Assembly (NCBI GenBank): GCA_051859245.1
Contig: JBHYGA010000001.1
Span: forward strand, 128,001-192,000
Reading direction: 5' to 3'
Source: Gemmatimonadaceae bacterium
GTDB taxonomy: Bacteria > Gemmatimonadota > Gemmatimonadetes > Gemmatimonadales > Gemmatimonadaceae
Length of the DNA stretch: 64,000 bases
The position numbers and the translations under genes were made by a program. Shown here in pieces: positions 50,048 to 59,571 of the stretch (within the stretch, counting starts at the first letter, position 1; every line of letters begins with the position of its first letter). The notes below the pieces were generated by a model that did not search any database, was not told where the DNA came from, and saw nothing but the letters and a program-made list of their open reading frames with translations.

Positions 50048-51538
50048 CTATTGGATCGCGAAGTTCATCATCATGCCATGGTCCTCATGCTCGAGGTTGT
50101 GGCAATGCATCATGTAGCGGCCGCGGTGACTGTCAAACTTTGCGATGACTGATACACGCTCGCCGGGATACACGAGCACGGTGTCCTTCCAGCCGCGCTC
50201 CCACGGAAAGAGCTGGTTGCGTCCGCCCTGACGCGACTCCACCCGAAAATGCACGGCGTGCATATGCACGGGATGCGGAAACGGCGCGTCGTTCACAAAC
50301 ACCCAGCGTTCTGTCGCACCGAACGGCACGTGTTCGTCAATCCGATCCATCTCGAAGGCCTTGCCGTTGATGCTGTGCTGCATCATGGCGCTGCGAAAGC
50401 TGAACACGCGCTCCTTTGACACCGCGTTGGTATCGATCGCCGGAAGCGCCGAAAGTCTGGCCGGGACGCGCGGTGTTTCACGCACGCTCTTCGTAACAAC
50501 GAACTCCAGCAAATCCATGGCCGCGCCCTGTGGCAGCGCCCCACCACCGCCCATGCCGCGACCCATTCCACCGCCCATTCCGGCCATGCCACGGTAGGGG
50601 CTGACGAAGGCGAGTGACCGCAGCGTGACGCGTGTGCCCACTGCGAGCCCCGAAAAGTCGAGCAGCAGATCAGCGCGTTCGCCCGTGCTGAGATCCATGT
50701 GCGGCAACTGAATCGGCGCATCAAGCAACCCACCATCGGTTCCGATCAGCGTGATCGGACGTTCGTTCGACAATCCCAGTCGAAAAATGCGCGCATTCGC
50801 GGCGCCCAATACGCGCACGCGATACATCGCAGAATCCACATTCACACTCGGCGTGCGTACACCGTTGACATACGCGGCGCTGCCGAGCAGGCCTTCCATC
50901 ATGTCGTGACCCATGGTCACGTTGTACGAGATGCGTCCTTGGTCATCGGGCCGTTTGTCCTGCAACACAATGCCGATTTCGCGCGCACCACTCGGCAGGC
51001 CGAGCGCTTCTTCTTCGGCGTCGGTGATAATGAACAGTCCGGCCATGCCGAGGTGAATCTGCGCAGCCGTTCGCATGTGCGGATGTGAGTGATACCAGTA
51101 CGTGCCGGCGCGCTCGTTGAGCGCGAAGTCGTAGCGGTATTCGGCACCGGTGCCAATGGCCAGCCGCGGATGTCCGTCAGATGCTTCGGGTGGACGCAAG
51201 CCGTGCCAGTGCAGAATCGTGGGCTCAGCGAGTTCGTTGCGCAGCACAATCGTGGCGCGTTCACCGGCGCGTGCACGAATGGTGGGAGCGACAGGCCCGT
51301 TGCCGATCGCAAAAATCGGTGAGCTCACGCCAGGTGCAATCTCGGCCGCTGTGGCGCGCGTGGTGAGCGTGAGCGCTTTCGGCGAGACCGTAGGCGGGAC
51401 GTACAGCGGACCACCCGCCGCGCTGCCGGGTGATGGCGTGATCCGCCACGATGAAGGCGACGGTAGAATACCCGACCGGTTCGCAGCCACAGCGCCACCA
51501 ACGAGCGCGGCCGCGCGAAAGAAGTTTCGACGATCCAC
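50048..51538 (-). CDS. Tat-exported multicopper oxidase (CueO-like)
   Basis: RRNFF; HWHG, WYHSH, HPVHMH, HCHNLEHEDHGMM; Met/Gly-rich loop. Confidence 0.93.
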   Translation of the reverse strand: MDRRNFFRAAALVGGAVAANRSGILPSPSSWRITPSPGSAAGGPLYVPPTVSPKALTLTTRATAAEIAPGVSSPIFAIGNGPVAPTIRARAGERATIVLRNELAEPTILHWHGLRPPEASDGHPRLAIGTGAEYRYDFALNERAGTYWYHSHPHMRTAAQIHLGMAGLFIITDAEEEALGLPSGAREIGIVLQDKRPDDQGRISYNVTMGHDMMEGLLGSAAYVNGVRTPSVNVDSAMYRVRVLGAANARIFRLGLSNERPITLIGTDGGLLDAPIQLPHMDLSTGERADLLLDFSGLAVGTRVTLRSLAFVSPYRGMAGMGGGMGRGMGGGGALPQGAAMDLLEFVVTKSVRETPRVPARLSALPAIDTNAVSKERVFSFRSAMMQHSINGKAFEMDRIDEHVPFGATERWVFVNDAPFPHPVHMHAVHFRVESRQGGRNQLFPWERGWKDTVLVYPGERVSVIAKFDSHRGRYMMHCHNLEHEDHGMMMNFAIQ

Positions 51539-51615
51539 AAATCACCTGCGGGAAGGCCCGCGATCAGTAGGCAGCACGCCTGCGCTGCGGCGTCGCAGTC
51601 TCTATCCTTGGCAAT

Positions 51616-52767
51616 CTAAGGCATTCGCGACGCGGCAGACACGCTGGGACGGTGCAGTGAATACACCCGCACCGACTGCTCACCGTCCTCCGGCGAGCGT
51701 TCAACGCCCAGCACGTAATCACGCCCAACTTCGTGCACCGTGAGTGCACTTGGCAGCGACAGAGCGGCGACCTGCTCACCGCCCGGTGAGAAGACCAACC
51801 AACTGGCGGCCAGATCGCGCCCACGCGGAAACCGTCGAATCCACACGTGATCTTCCGCGTCCACCAGCATCGCGTCGTACGCGGGCACCGTGGCGGGAAA
51901 CTCAACCGTCGCCCATTCTCGAACCTGACGCTCACGCGCGACACTGTTCAGACCGAGTGTGTCGAACAGCTTGAAGCGTTCAATGTCGGCCGCGGTGGTA
52001 CGCAGATCGGCATCTGAATTGCGGAGGGTGTCAACGACCGCACCGTCGAGCGAAAACACGAGGACGGCGAAACTATCGGCCGTGCCGATGTACGCGCGAT
52101 CACGACCAATTGCGAGCACCGGGTTGCGGCCAAGCGGATGTGGTCCCGAACCGTACTGGTCAACGAGTCGTTCGGAGCCGGGGTGTTCTCCAAGTTCCGT
52201 GCGTGTGCGACCATCGGTGGTGGTGATCCAGTACGGCACCGTCCAGCGCACGCGTCCGATTTTCTCGTCGACGCGTGGCGCCCAGCCGTTGTGTACGAAG
52301 ACATGCTGCGCATTGCAGCGGCTGTCGTACGGCGAGCGTTGGCCATGGATTTCAGTGACTTTGGGCGCGCGCGTTCGCACGCCGTCCAGCGAATACACAA
52401 AGATCGCTTGCTGTTCAATGTCTTCCACGTACAGCGAGTCGCCGCATCGCAGCATCTCCGCCATGTAGCCAAACTCATCCGGGCCGAGTCCTTTGCGACC
52501 CACCGCACGCACGAATGCGCCGTCCGCGCCAAAGTAGCGCAACGAATGCAGGCCGCGATCCGCCACCACGACGGAGCCGTCGTTGAGGCGAGTGGCGCCT
52601 ACCGGATTGGCGAGCATTGGTTCGCCAGTCGGGTCGTCGTCGCGAACGGTGGTGATCGGAACGCTGTCAACGGACCAGCTGGTTGGTGCGACGTCGGCTA
52701 CGTCAGATGTGGACGTGCAGGCGGCAAGCATCACGAGGCCTGCAATCACTATTGGCAGTCGAATCAT
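51616..52767 (-). CDS. Lipoprotein, 6-bladed beta-propeller-like
   Basis: Lipobox LAAC; VGRKGLGPDEF motif; beta-rich repeats. Confidence 0.7.
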   Translation of the reverse strand: MIRLPIVIAGLVMLAACTSTSDVADVAPTSWSVDSVPITTVRDDDPTGEPMLANPVGATRLNDGSVVVADRGLHSLRYFGADGAFVRAVGRKGLGPDEFGYMAEMLRCGDSLYVEDIEQQAIFVYSLDGVRTRAPKVTEIHGQRSPYDSRCNAQHVFVHNGWAPRVDEKIGRVRWTVPYWITTTDGRTRTELGEHPGSERLVDQYGSGPHPLGRNPVLAIGRDRAYIGTADSFAVLVFSLDGAVVDTLRNSDADLRTTAADIERFKLFDTLGLNSVARERQVREWATVEFPATVPAYDAMLVDAEDHVWIRRFPRGRDLAASWLVFSPGGEQVAALSLPSALTVHEVGRDYVLGVERSPEDGEQSVRVYSLHRPSVSAASRMP

Positions 52768-52824
52768 GCGTCACGGGTGGGAGACAGCGTGTGCGCGAGT
52801 GCGAGTGTCACGCAATCAAGGTAC

Positions 52825-52853
52825 CTGACGGCGCGCCGATCCCGCGATAGCTT
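52825..52853 (+). promoter_or_regulatory. Probable leaderless promoter
   Basis: CTGACG-17 nt-TAGCTT, then 6 nt to ATG 52860; no SD. Confidence 0.55.
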
Positions 52854-52859
52854 GGCAGC

Positions 52860-53552
52860 ATGCTACTCCTCCTGCACGGCGCCATTGGCGATCAGACACA
52901 GTTTGACGCGCTGCGCGTACACCTCGGCTTCACCGGTGTGCGCACGATGGATTTTGAAGGCCACGGTGCGCGTGCCATGGCGGGCCGCGGGTTCCGATTG
53001 GAGCACTTCGCCGAGAACCTGCTCGCCTGGCTGGCCGAGCACTCGCCGGACGAACCGGTGGACATTTTCGGCTACAGCATGGGCGGATACGTGGCGCTCC
53101 TGGCGGCGGCCGAGGCGCCATCGCGGATTCGCCGAGTGCTCACGCTCGGCACAAAGCTCGTGTGGACGCCTGAGGTGGCTGCAGAAGCCGCAAAACAGCT
53201 CGACGCGGCCCGGATATCGGAAAAGGTGCCGGCCTTCGCCAGCGCGCTTGCAGGGCGCCATTTTGCGACCGGCTGGGAGCGTGTGCTCGGCGAGACCGCG
53301 AGCGCGTTGCAGGCGCTCGGACAGACTCCGCTGCTGACGCCTGACGTCATGGCGCGCGTGCAGTGCCCGGTGCGACTGGTCGTGGGCGACCGCGATGTCA
53401 CCGTGCCGGTGGAGGAGCTGCGCGATGCCATGCGCGTGCTGCCGCGCGGTGAGTACGAGGTGCTGCCCAACACCCCGCACCCATTCGAGCGGGTCCCGCT
53501 GGAGCGTCTCGCGTGGACGCTCCGGCAGTTTGTCAGTTCGGCTGGCGCGTAG
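52860..53552 (+). CDS. Alpha/beta fold hydrolase
   Basis: LLHG, DFEGHG, GYSMGG, GDRD, C-terminal His. Confidence 0.88.
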   Translation: MLLLLHGAIGDQTQFDALRVHLGFTGVRTMDFEGHGARAMAGRGFRLEHFAENLLAWLAEHSPDEPVDIFGYSMGGYVALLAAAEAPSRIRRVLTLGTKLVWTPEVAAEAAKQLDAARISEKVPAFASALAGRHFATGWERVLGETASALQALGQTPLLTPDVMARVQCPVRLVVGDRDVTVPVEELRDAMRVLPRGEYEVLPNTPHPFERVPLERLAWTLRQFVSSAGA

Positions 53553-54948
53553 CGGCCGGCGTCGCGCGACCGGCCACACTATCCGCCTTGCGCGCTGAGT
53601 CGGTCAGTGCCTTGGCTCTCGATTCGCGCTTGCGAATCAGCGTGCTCAACCGCGCACGATTGAGTGTGAACTCCGGCTTCTTCCAGCCGCTCTGTTCAAG
53701 CTTGGACAGTCCGCCGTTCGCGGGACGCAGTGCGTCTTCAAACTCCGCGTATTTGCTGCCCGGATTCCAGAGCGCCCAGCTCTTGAGGCCGGCGTCGTAC
53801 GTGGCCTGGATCTGTTCACGCAGCGCGGGTGCACCGTACTGTGCGCCGCGAATGCTCATGGCTTCGAGCCACGGCATGATTTCACCGACCGTTGCGCTCG
53901 CGGAGTCCTTCATCCACTTCGTGCGCTCGACCGCGTCGGCCATTGAGAAACGAATCACTTCGTACGGGCTCGCGATCGGCTTGGCCAATCCGTACAAACC
54001 GGCTGCATAGTGCGATGGATACACCATGGGCAACACGGCGTCCGACACGGTGATCACTTTTTCCCAGTTCTGACCAATCTCGACATCGCCTTCGAGATGC
54101 GTCACGAGCCCGAAGACATCGGCCGTCACCGGCACGTTGTATTCAGCGAGCTGCTGTTTTGTGTAGGCGATGAAGTTGTAGATGTTGTCCGCGCGCGAGA
54201 CGCTGTCACTGCCGGGATAGCGCATGACGGCGCGCGCTGAGTTCGTCACGTCAGGGAAGCGCACGTAATCCCACTGCAACTCGGAGAAGCCCATGTCGAG
54301 CGCTTCGCGCGCAATCGCAATGTTGTAGTCCCACACGCGCTTGTCGTACGGATTGACCCACGGGCCGCCCTTATTGTCCTTCCACACACTACCATTGGCG
54401 TGGCGAATGGCCAGTTCCGGCTTCTTCTCGGCGAGCATGCGGTCCTTGAACACCACGATGCGCGCGATCGGATAGATGTTGTGCGCAATGAGCGTATCAA
54501 CAAGCGCCGGTAACCACTTGGTGGCGGGGCGTTTGTCCGCACCGATTTCCAGTGCGAGCGGAATCTGTGTGCCGGAGTGCGTGAGATACGTATCGGACTC
54601 CTTGATATCAATGATGAACGCATTGATCTCGGTGGAATCGGCAATACGAATCAGATTCTCCATGCGTGAACGCGAGCCAGCGGCCCAGGCGTTTACATAG
54701 AGCGCGCGTACGGAGTCCGGATGTTTGACACGTCGCGCGAGGCGGCCTGCACGTGTGGTGTCCGGCGTCACCGGCGTCGTATCAGCCATCGCAACAGCTG
54801 ACGTGTCGCTGCGTTCAGCGCCCTCAGCACTGGCAAGTGTCGCCGAGTCCGGCGCGGCGCTCTTCGCGGATTGCGATTGTCCTTCGCCGCCACACGCGGT
54901 GAGCAGGATAACACTCAGCACACTCGATACCATGAGTGCGCGCTGCAT
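53533..54948 (-). CDS. Putative glycoside hydrolase lipoprotein (DUF4015-like)
   Basis: Lipobox LTAC; IDIK, YPIARIVVFKD, WVNPY, ELQWDYVRFPD, ADVFG, PMVYPSHY; start ~54948. Confidence 0.82.
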   Translation of the reverse strand: MQRALMVSSVLSVILLTACGGEGQSQSAKSAAPDSATLASAEGAERSDTSAVAMADTTPVTPDTTRAGRLARRVKHPDSVRALYVNAWAAGSRSRMENLIRIADSTEINAFIIDIKESDTYLTHSGTQIPLALEIGADKRPATKWLPALVDTLIAHNIYPIARIVVFKDRMLAEKKPELAIRHANGSVWKDNKGGPWVNPYDKRVWDYNIAIAREALDMGFSELQWDYVRFPDVTNSARAVMRYPGSDSVSRADNIYNFIAYTKQQLAEYNVPVTADVFGLVTHLEGDVEIGQNWEKVITVSDAVLPMVYPSHYAAGLYGLAKPIASPYEVIRFSMADAVERTKWMKDSASATVGEIMPWLEAMSIRGAQYGAPALREQIQATYDAGLKSWALWNPGSKYAEFEDALRPANGGLSKLEQSGWKKPEFTLNRARLSTLIRKRESRAKALTDSARKADSVAGRATPAATRQPN

Positions 54949-55135
54949 CGCGTGCTGAACCTGAGTTCCTTCTGCTGCTCCCTTCACACCTGCTCCACGT
55001 ACAAATGTCTTCCTGCGCCTCGCGCCAACGTACCCGCGCTGTGATGCGGCGAAAGTTAGCAGAGACGCGGGACGAAGAGCGAGCGGTGGTCCCCAGGGGC
55101 CGTCCAATCGTAGGCCGAAGGGGATAGGGCTATCG

Positions 55136-56221
55136 CTATTGCTTCAGCCAGACGGAGACCCAGCGAATGCGGCCTCGTGCCGATTCGCCACGCTCGCGGA
55201 TGCCCGGTGCGCCGCACTCCGCGCCCGGTGGCCACCGTCGCTCCAGCGTATTCGAGAAGTCGGCGCCGGCGGGGTACGCCTCGATGAACTCCACGTCTTC
55301 CACGCGCACCGCGTCGATCGGGAAGCCGGGGCGCGCTCGGCCATTCACAAATACGCACGCGTCCCTGCCAATGAGAATGCTCTTGCGGTGGCCGCTTGAG
55401 GATTCGGTGATTGCGGACGTCGCACTGCGCGCCCCGGTTTTCAGCAGCTCTTCGCGCGCCACCACAACGGAATACGCACCTCGGTTGGACAGGCGCAGCT
55501 GCAGATCCTTCACGTCGATGTTGTCATTCGGCGCGGGGTTCGCCGTGTCGAGCGGAACGTCCAGTTCAACGTAACGCCCGTCGGGGATGACCACGCTTCG
55601 CATGACGGGAAGGAATCCCGGACGCTCGACGCGAACAACCGCACTTTGCGCGCCTGGCGCTTCGATGGAAAACACGCCGTTGGCATCACTGGTGTCGCTG
55701 TGCACCGCGCCGAGTACGGTGACGCGCGCATCGATGAGCGGTGTAAAGCTGCGCGCGTCGTATGCGACACCACGCACACCGGTCCATCGTGCGCTCACGA
55801 GCACGGAATCAAGCGCGCTGGTGCGTGGCGATAGCGCGACGTCGTGCCGGACGCCGTCGAGCGCAACCAGAATCTCCGCCACGTATGGCGTGTAGCCGAT
55901 GCGTTGCGCCGTAAGCACCCACGAGCCGTCGGTCAGTCCGCTAAACCGATACCGACCATTCCGATCAGTGCGCGTAATTCGCGTGACCGTGTCGCGCGTG
56001 ATGCGTACCGTCACGTCAGTGAGTCCCGTGCCTTGCGGATCTTGCACTTGACCGATCACCGCGCGGTTTTGCGCGGCCTGAGCACGCAACGATCGCGCGT
56101 TCACGGTGGCGAGCGTTGAGAGCAGCAGCGCCATCACGCCGACGCGCCACGTAAACGACACGAATGCCGAGCCGTAGTGCGCGGTTAATCGGGGCGCGGC
56201 GGGGGAAAGGCGAGTGAGCAT
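55136..56221 (-). CDS. Secreted protein: two carboxypeptidase-regulatory-like domains + C-terminal plug-like domain, no barrel
   Basis: TDRNGRYRF..RIGY; SDANGVFSI..RPGF; VFVNG..VRVEDVEFIEAY..VSVWLK. Start 56221 or 56134. Confidence 0.7.
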   Translation of the reverse strand: MLTRLSPAAPRLTAHYGSAFVSFTWRVGVMALLLSTLATVNARSLRAQAAQNRAVIGQVQDPQGTGLTDVTVRITRDTVTRITRTDRNGRYRFSGLTDGSWVLTAQRIGYTPYVAEILVALDGVRHDVALSPRTSALDSVLVSARWTGVRGVAYDARSFTPLIDARVTVLGAVHSDTSDANGVFSIEAPGAQSAVVRVERPGFLPVMRSVVIPDGRYVELDVPLDTANPAPNDNIDVKDLQLRLSNRGAYSVVVAREELLKTGARSATSAITESSSGHRKSILIGRDACVFVNGRARPGFPIDAVRVEDVEFIEAYPAGADFSNTLERRWPPGAECGAPGIRERGESARGRIRWVSVWLKQ

Positions 56222-56295
56222 GCGCTGTTCGGAGGGAATGGACTGCAGTTCAGACCCATCTGGCTTGGTGATGTTCCGCACACGCTCGCACAAAC

Positions 56296-56333
56296 GCAAC
56301 GGGGGCGACCGCGTGTGCAGTCGCCCCCGTTGT
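56296..56333 (-). terminator. Probable intrinsic terminator
   Basis: CAACGGGGGCGAC/GTCGCCCCCGTTG stem downstream of the second VPS10-like gene. Confidence 0.65.
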
Positions 56334-56382
56334 GCATTCGTTGTCACGACGCCGGTGGGGACACCGGCGAGCATTCGCGCCA

Positions 56383-59300
56383 CTACATGCGCGGCGCCGG
56401 CCCAATCACGCGGTCGAGTTCCGCCTTGGCGGCATCAAGTTCCTTGCGCAGTACCAGATGCCGTTCAATCGCATCGCGCCCTACCTTCTGATCGGCGCGC
56501 GTGGTCATGCCGGCGAGATACGAAATGTGCGCCTGCAATCCAGGTTTGCCGTAGCGAACTGGCGCCGTGAGCAACTTCTCCGTAACCGCGTTCAGTTTGG
56601 ACAACGTGTCGCCGGCCGCTGCACCTGCGGCCTTGAGACGCGTTTCTGCAGACCTCGCCCGTGCGACCACGGCGTTCACCTCGGCGACCATTTCACGCAT
56701 GCGTGTGTTGTGTGCGAACTGCTCCTGCAGGTCGGCGGCCGTAAACCCTTCGGCCGCCAGTCGCGGATCGATCAGTACGGTGAGCGGCACGGTCTGCTTT
56801 TCGCTGCCCAGCGAAACCGTGACCGTGTATTCACCCGGCGGTGCGCCAAACCCATTCTGGTGCTGTACGCCCCACGTGAAGCGGTTGAAGCCCTTGGTTG
56901 CCGTGACAAGGTTGAGCGTTGGCGCGAATGCAGCGGTGGGCGCGTTGTCGCGACCTTCATTCATCACGGCGTCCGGATCTTCCGGATCCGCACGACGCGC
57001 ACGCGGCGGCGCAGGCGGACGCACACCACTCTTGTACGTGTTCACAACCGCGCCCTGTGCATCACGGATCTCGATGCGCAGCGTATCCGTTGGTGCAGCG
57101 GCCAGGTGGTAATCAATCTGCGGGCCGAGATAGAGTCCGCCGGTGTTGGTGCGATATCCCGCGCGCGGCTTGTACACGTGAAGTGATGCGTTCGCGGTAT
57201 TGGCCGCCACCTGATGCAGCGCTGACACATTGTCGATGATCCAGTTACCACGGCCCTGCGTGGCCACGATCAGATCTTTCTTGTGCAGAATGATCTGCTG
57301 AATCGGCACGTTCGGCAGGTTCAGCTGGAACGGCTGCCAGTTCTTGCCGTTGTCGAACGAGATGTGCATGCCAAACTCGGTGCCCGCGTACAGCAGTCCT
57401 TCACGATCCGGATCTTCACGCACCACGCGCGTGGGGTGATCGCCCGGAATACCGTTCTTGCCGTCGGTGAGCTTGGTCCACGTTTTGCCATAGTCATCGG
57501 TGCGATAGATGTACGGCGCGTAATCGCCGAGCAGATAGCGATACACGGCGTAGTACGCCGAGCCGTTGCGATGGTTCGATACATCAATCCACGCGGTGCG
57601 ACCACCTTCGGGCAGATCTTTGGGCGTGATGTTGGTCCACGTTTTGCCATCGTCGCGGGTCACGTAAAATGGACCGTCGTTCGCGCCGGTAAAGATCACA
57701 CCCTTTTCGCGCGGTGACTCGGTGATGGCGTACAGCGTGCTGTAAAACTCTTCGCCGGTCACGTCACGCGTGATCGGCTCACCACTCGCACCCTGGCAGC
57801 ACTGCGGGAAGGCGGTGAGATCGGGCGACATCTTCTCCCACGTCACACCCTTGTCGCGCGTGCGATGCAGATACTGCGTGCCGTAGTACAGCACGTTCGG
57901 ATCGTGCGGAGAATACGACATCGGTGCCACGCGCTGAATGCGGTAAATCAGATCCTGACCCGCGTTGCCGTACAGCGACTGACCACCAATCCAGTAGTTA
58001 CGCGACTGACGTGTTTCGGTGTTCATCACGGCGAACTGACCTTTGCATGACCCGTAAATGACGTTCTTCTCCACGGGGTGCGGCATGATGGGTCCCGTTT
58101 CACATCCCGGTCCTGTGCGCAGCGCTTCCACGTCGAACGGATTGCCTACGCTCGACATGATGTAGGTGCTGTTGTCCTGCTGCGCCGAGTAGAGGTTGTA
58201 CGGGAAGTTGCTGTCGGGCACCACGCCGTAGAACTCTGCGGTGGGCTGATTGTTCTGCGTACTCCACGTGCGTCCGCCGTCGTAGCTCACATTGGCGCCG
58301 CCGTCATTGGCTTGCACCATGGTCTGTCCGTTATTCGGATTCACCCAGATGTCATGGTTGTCCGTGTGCGGCGTGCGGAATGGCACCACGGTCTTGCCAC
58401 CGTCAGTGGACTTGTAGAGTGTTTCCGCGCCGGCGTACACCACATCCGCATTGGTGGGATCAGTGCCGAGCGTGGTGTAGTAGAATGGACGCGTGATAAG
58501 TCCCGGCGTGCTGTTCATCAACTGCCATGTCGCACCCGCGTCATCCGAACGATAGAGACCGCCGCCCGGTGCTGCTTCCACAAGCAGGTACACACGATTG
58601 GGGTTGGCCGCAGTGACGCCCAGATTGCCTTTGCCGATCAACACATTGGGCAGACCGGTTCCGGATTTCTTCCACGTGTTGCCGCCGTCCACGCTCTTGA
58701 ACAACCCACCTTCCTTTGAGCCGCTGATAATCGTCCACGGCTTGCGTTCAATGCGCGCGATCCAGGCGTACACCACATCCGGATTGCCCGGCATGACTTC
58801 CACATCACTGGCGCCGGTGCTGTCGTTCAGGAAGAGCGTCTTCTTCCAGGTCTTGCCACCATCAATCGTTTTGAACACGCCGCGATCAACGTTGCGCTTG
58901 AAGACATCACCGTTGGCCGCAACCCACACGATATCCGGATTCGTTGGGTGAATGCGCAATGCACCAATCTGCCCCGCGTTGTACAAACCGGCGAAGGACC
59001 ACGTGTCACCGCCGTCATTTGAGCGATACACACCGCGTCCGGTGGAAACGTTGCTGCGTGCGCCATCAGCGCCGGTACCGGCGTAGATGATGTTCTTGTC
59101 GGAATCGGCCACTTTGATGTCGCCGATTGAGCCAACGGGAATCTGTCCGTCGCTGATGGGCTGCCAGCTTTCGCCGCCATCGCGCGTGCGGAAAATGCCG
59201 CCTGACGCCACGCCCATGAAGAACGTGCGGGGCTCAGAGGGAATGCCGGTGACCGTGTTCACACGTCCGCCGACCGAGTGGCCAACGTGACGGTACCGGA

Positions 59301-59439
59301 TGCCCTCGAAGAGAGCGGGCTGCATGGCGGTCGTGCCTGAGGCACTGGAACGCGCCGCCTGAGCGTGCACGGTGCCGCCCGCGATTGCCATGACGGCAAC
59401 GGCGGTAGCGACGGAGGATGCGCGGGTTCTACCCATCAT
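56383..59439 (-). CDS. Secreted VPS10/sortilin-like BNR-repeat protein (second paralog)
   Basis: Signal peptide; repeated DGGxTW/DDYGKTW Asp boxes; RPFYYT, HTDNH, QQDN, ATQGRG. Confidence 0.88.
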   Translation of the reverse strand: MMGRTRASSVATAVAVMAIAGGTVHAQAARSSASGTTAMQPALFEGIRYRHVGHSVGGRVNTVTGIPSEPRTFFMGVASGGIFRTRDGGESWQPISDGQIPVGSIGDIKVADSDKNIIYAGTGADGARSNVSTGRGVYRSNDGGDTWSFAGLYNAGQIGALRIHPTNPDIVWVAANGDVFKRNVDRGVFKTIDGGKTWKKTLFLNDSTGASDVEVMPGNPDVVYAWIARIERKPWTIISGSKEGGLFKSVDGGNTWKKSGTGLPNVLIGKGNLGVTAANPNRVYLLVEAAPGGGLYRSDDAGATWQLMNSTPGLITRPFYYTTLGTDPTNADVVYAGAETLYKSTDGGKTVVPFRTPHTDNHDIWVNPNNGQTMVQANDGGANVSYDGGRTWSTQNNQPTAEFYGVVPDSNFPYNLYSAQQDNSTYIMSSVGNPFDVEALRTGPGCETGPIMPHPVEKNVIYGSCKGQFAVMNTETRQSRNYWIGGQSLYGNAGQDLIYRIQRVAPMSYSPHDPNVLYYGTQYLHRTRDKGVTWEKMSPDLTAFPQCCQGASGEPITRDVTGEEFYSTLYAITESPREKGVIFTGANDGPFYVTRDDGKTWTNITPKDLPEGGRTAWIDVSNHRNGSAYYAVYRYLLGDYAPYIYRTDDYGKTWTKLTDGKNGIPGDHPTRVVREDPDREGLLYAGTEFGMHISFDNGKNWQPFQLNLPNVPIQQIILHKKDLIVATQGRGNWIIDNVSALHQVAANTANASLHVYKPRAGYRTNTGGLYLGPQIDYHLAAAPTDTLRIEIRDAQGAVVNTYKSGVRPPAPPRARRADPEDPDAVMNEGRDNAPTAAFAPTLNLVTATKGFNRFTWGVQHQNGFGAPPGEYTVTVSLGSEKQTVPLTVLIDPRLAAEGFTAADLQEQFAHNTRMREMVAEVNAVVARARSAETRLKAAGAAAGDTLSKLNAVTEKLLTAPVRYGKPGLQAHISYLAGMTTRADQKVGRDAIERHLVLRKELDAAKAELDRVIGPAPRM

Positions 59440-59571
59440 CTTCAATTCTCGCAGGGTCGGTGGGGAAATCAGTCGAAGCCCGGACGCCAAAGCGCACGGG
59501 CCCAGTACTGCTGCTAAAAGTACGCACGGCGCCCGGGAGCGTTGCCTCTGGCCAGGCGATCGTGCCGATGG

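Noticed and set aside
52138..53579. Long alternative ORFs 52138-53337 (+) and 52863-53579 (-)
   Set aside because: GC-rich shadow frames over two well-supported genes.
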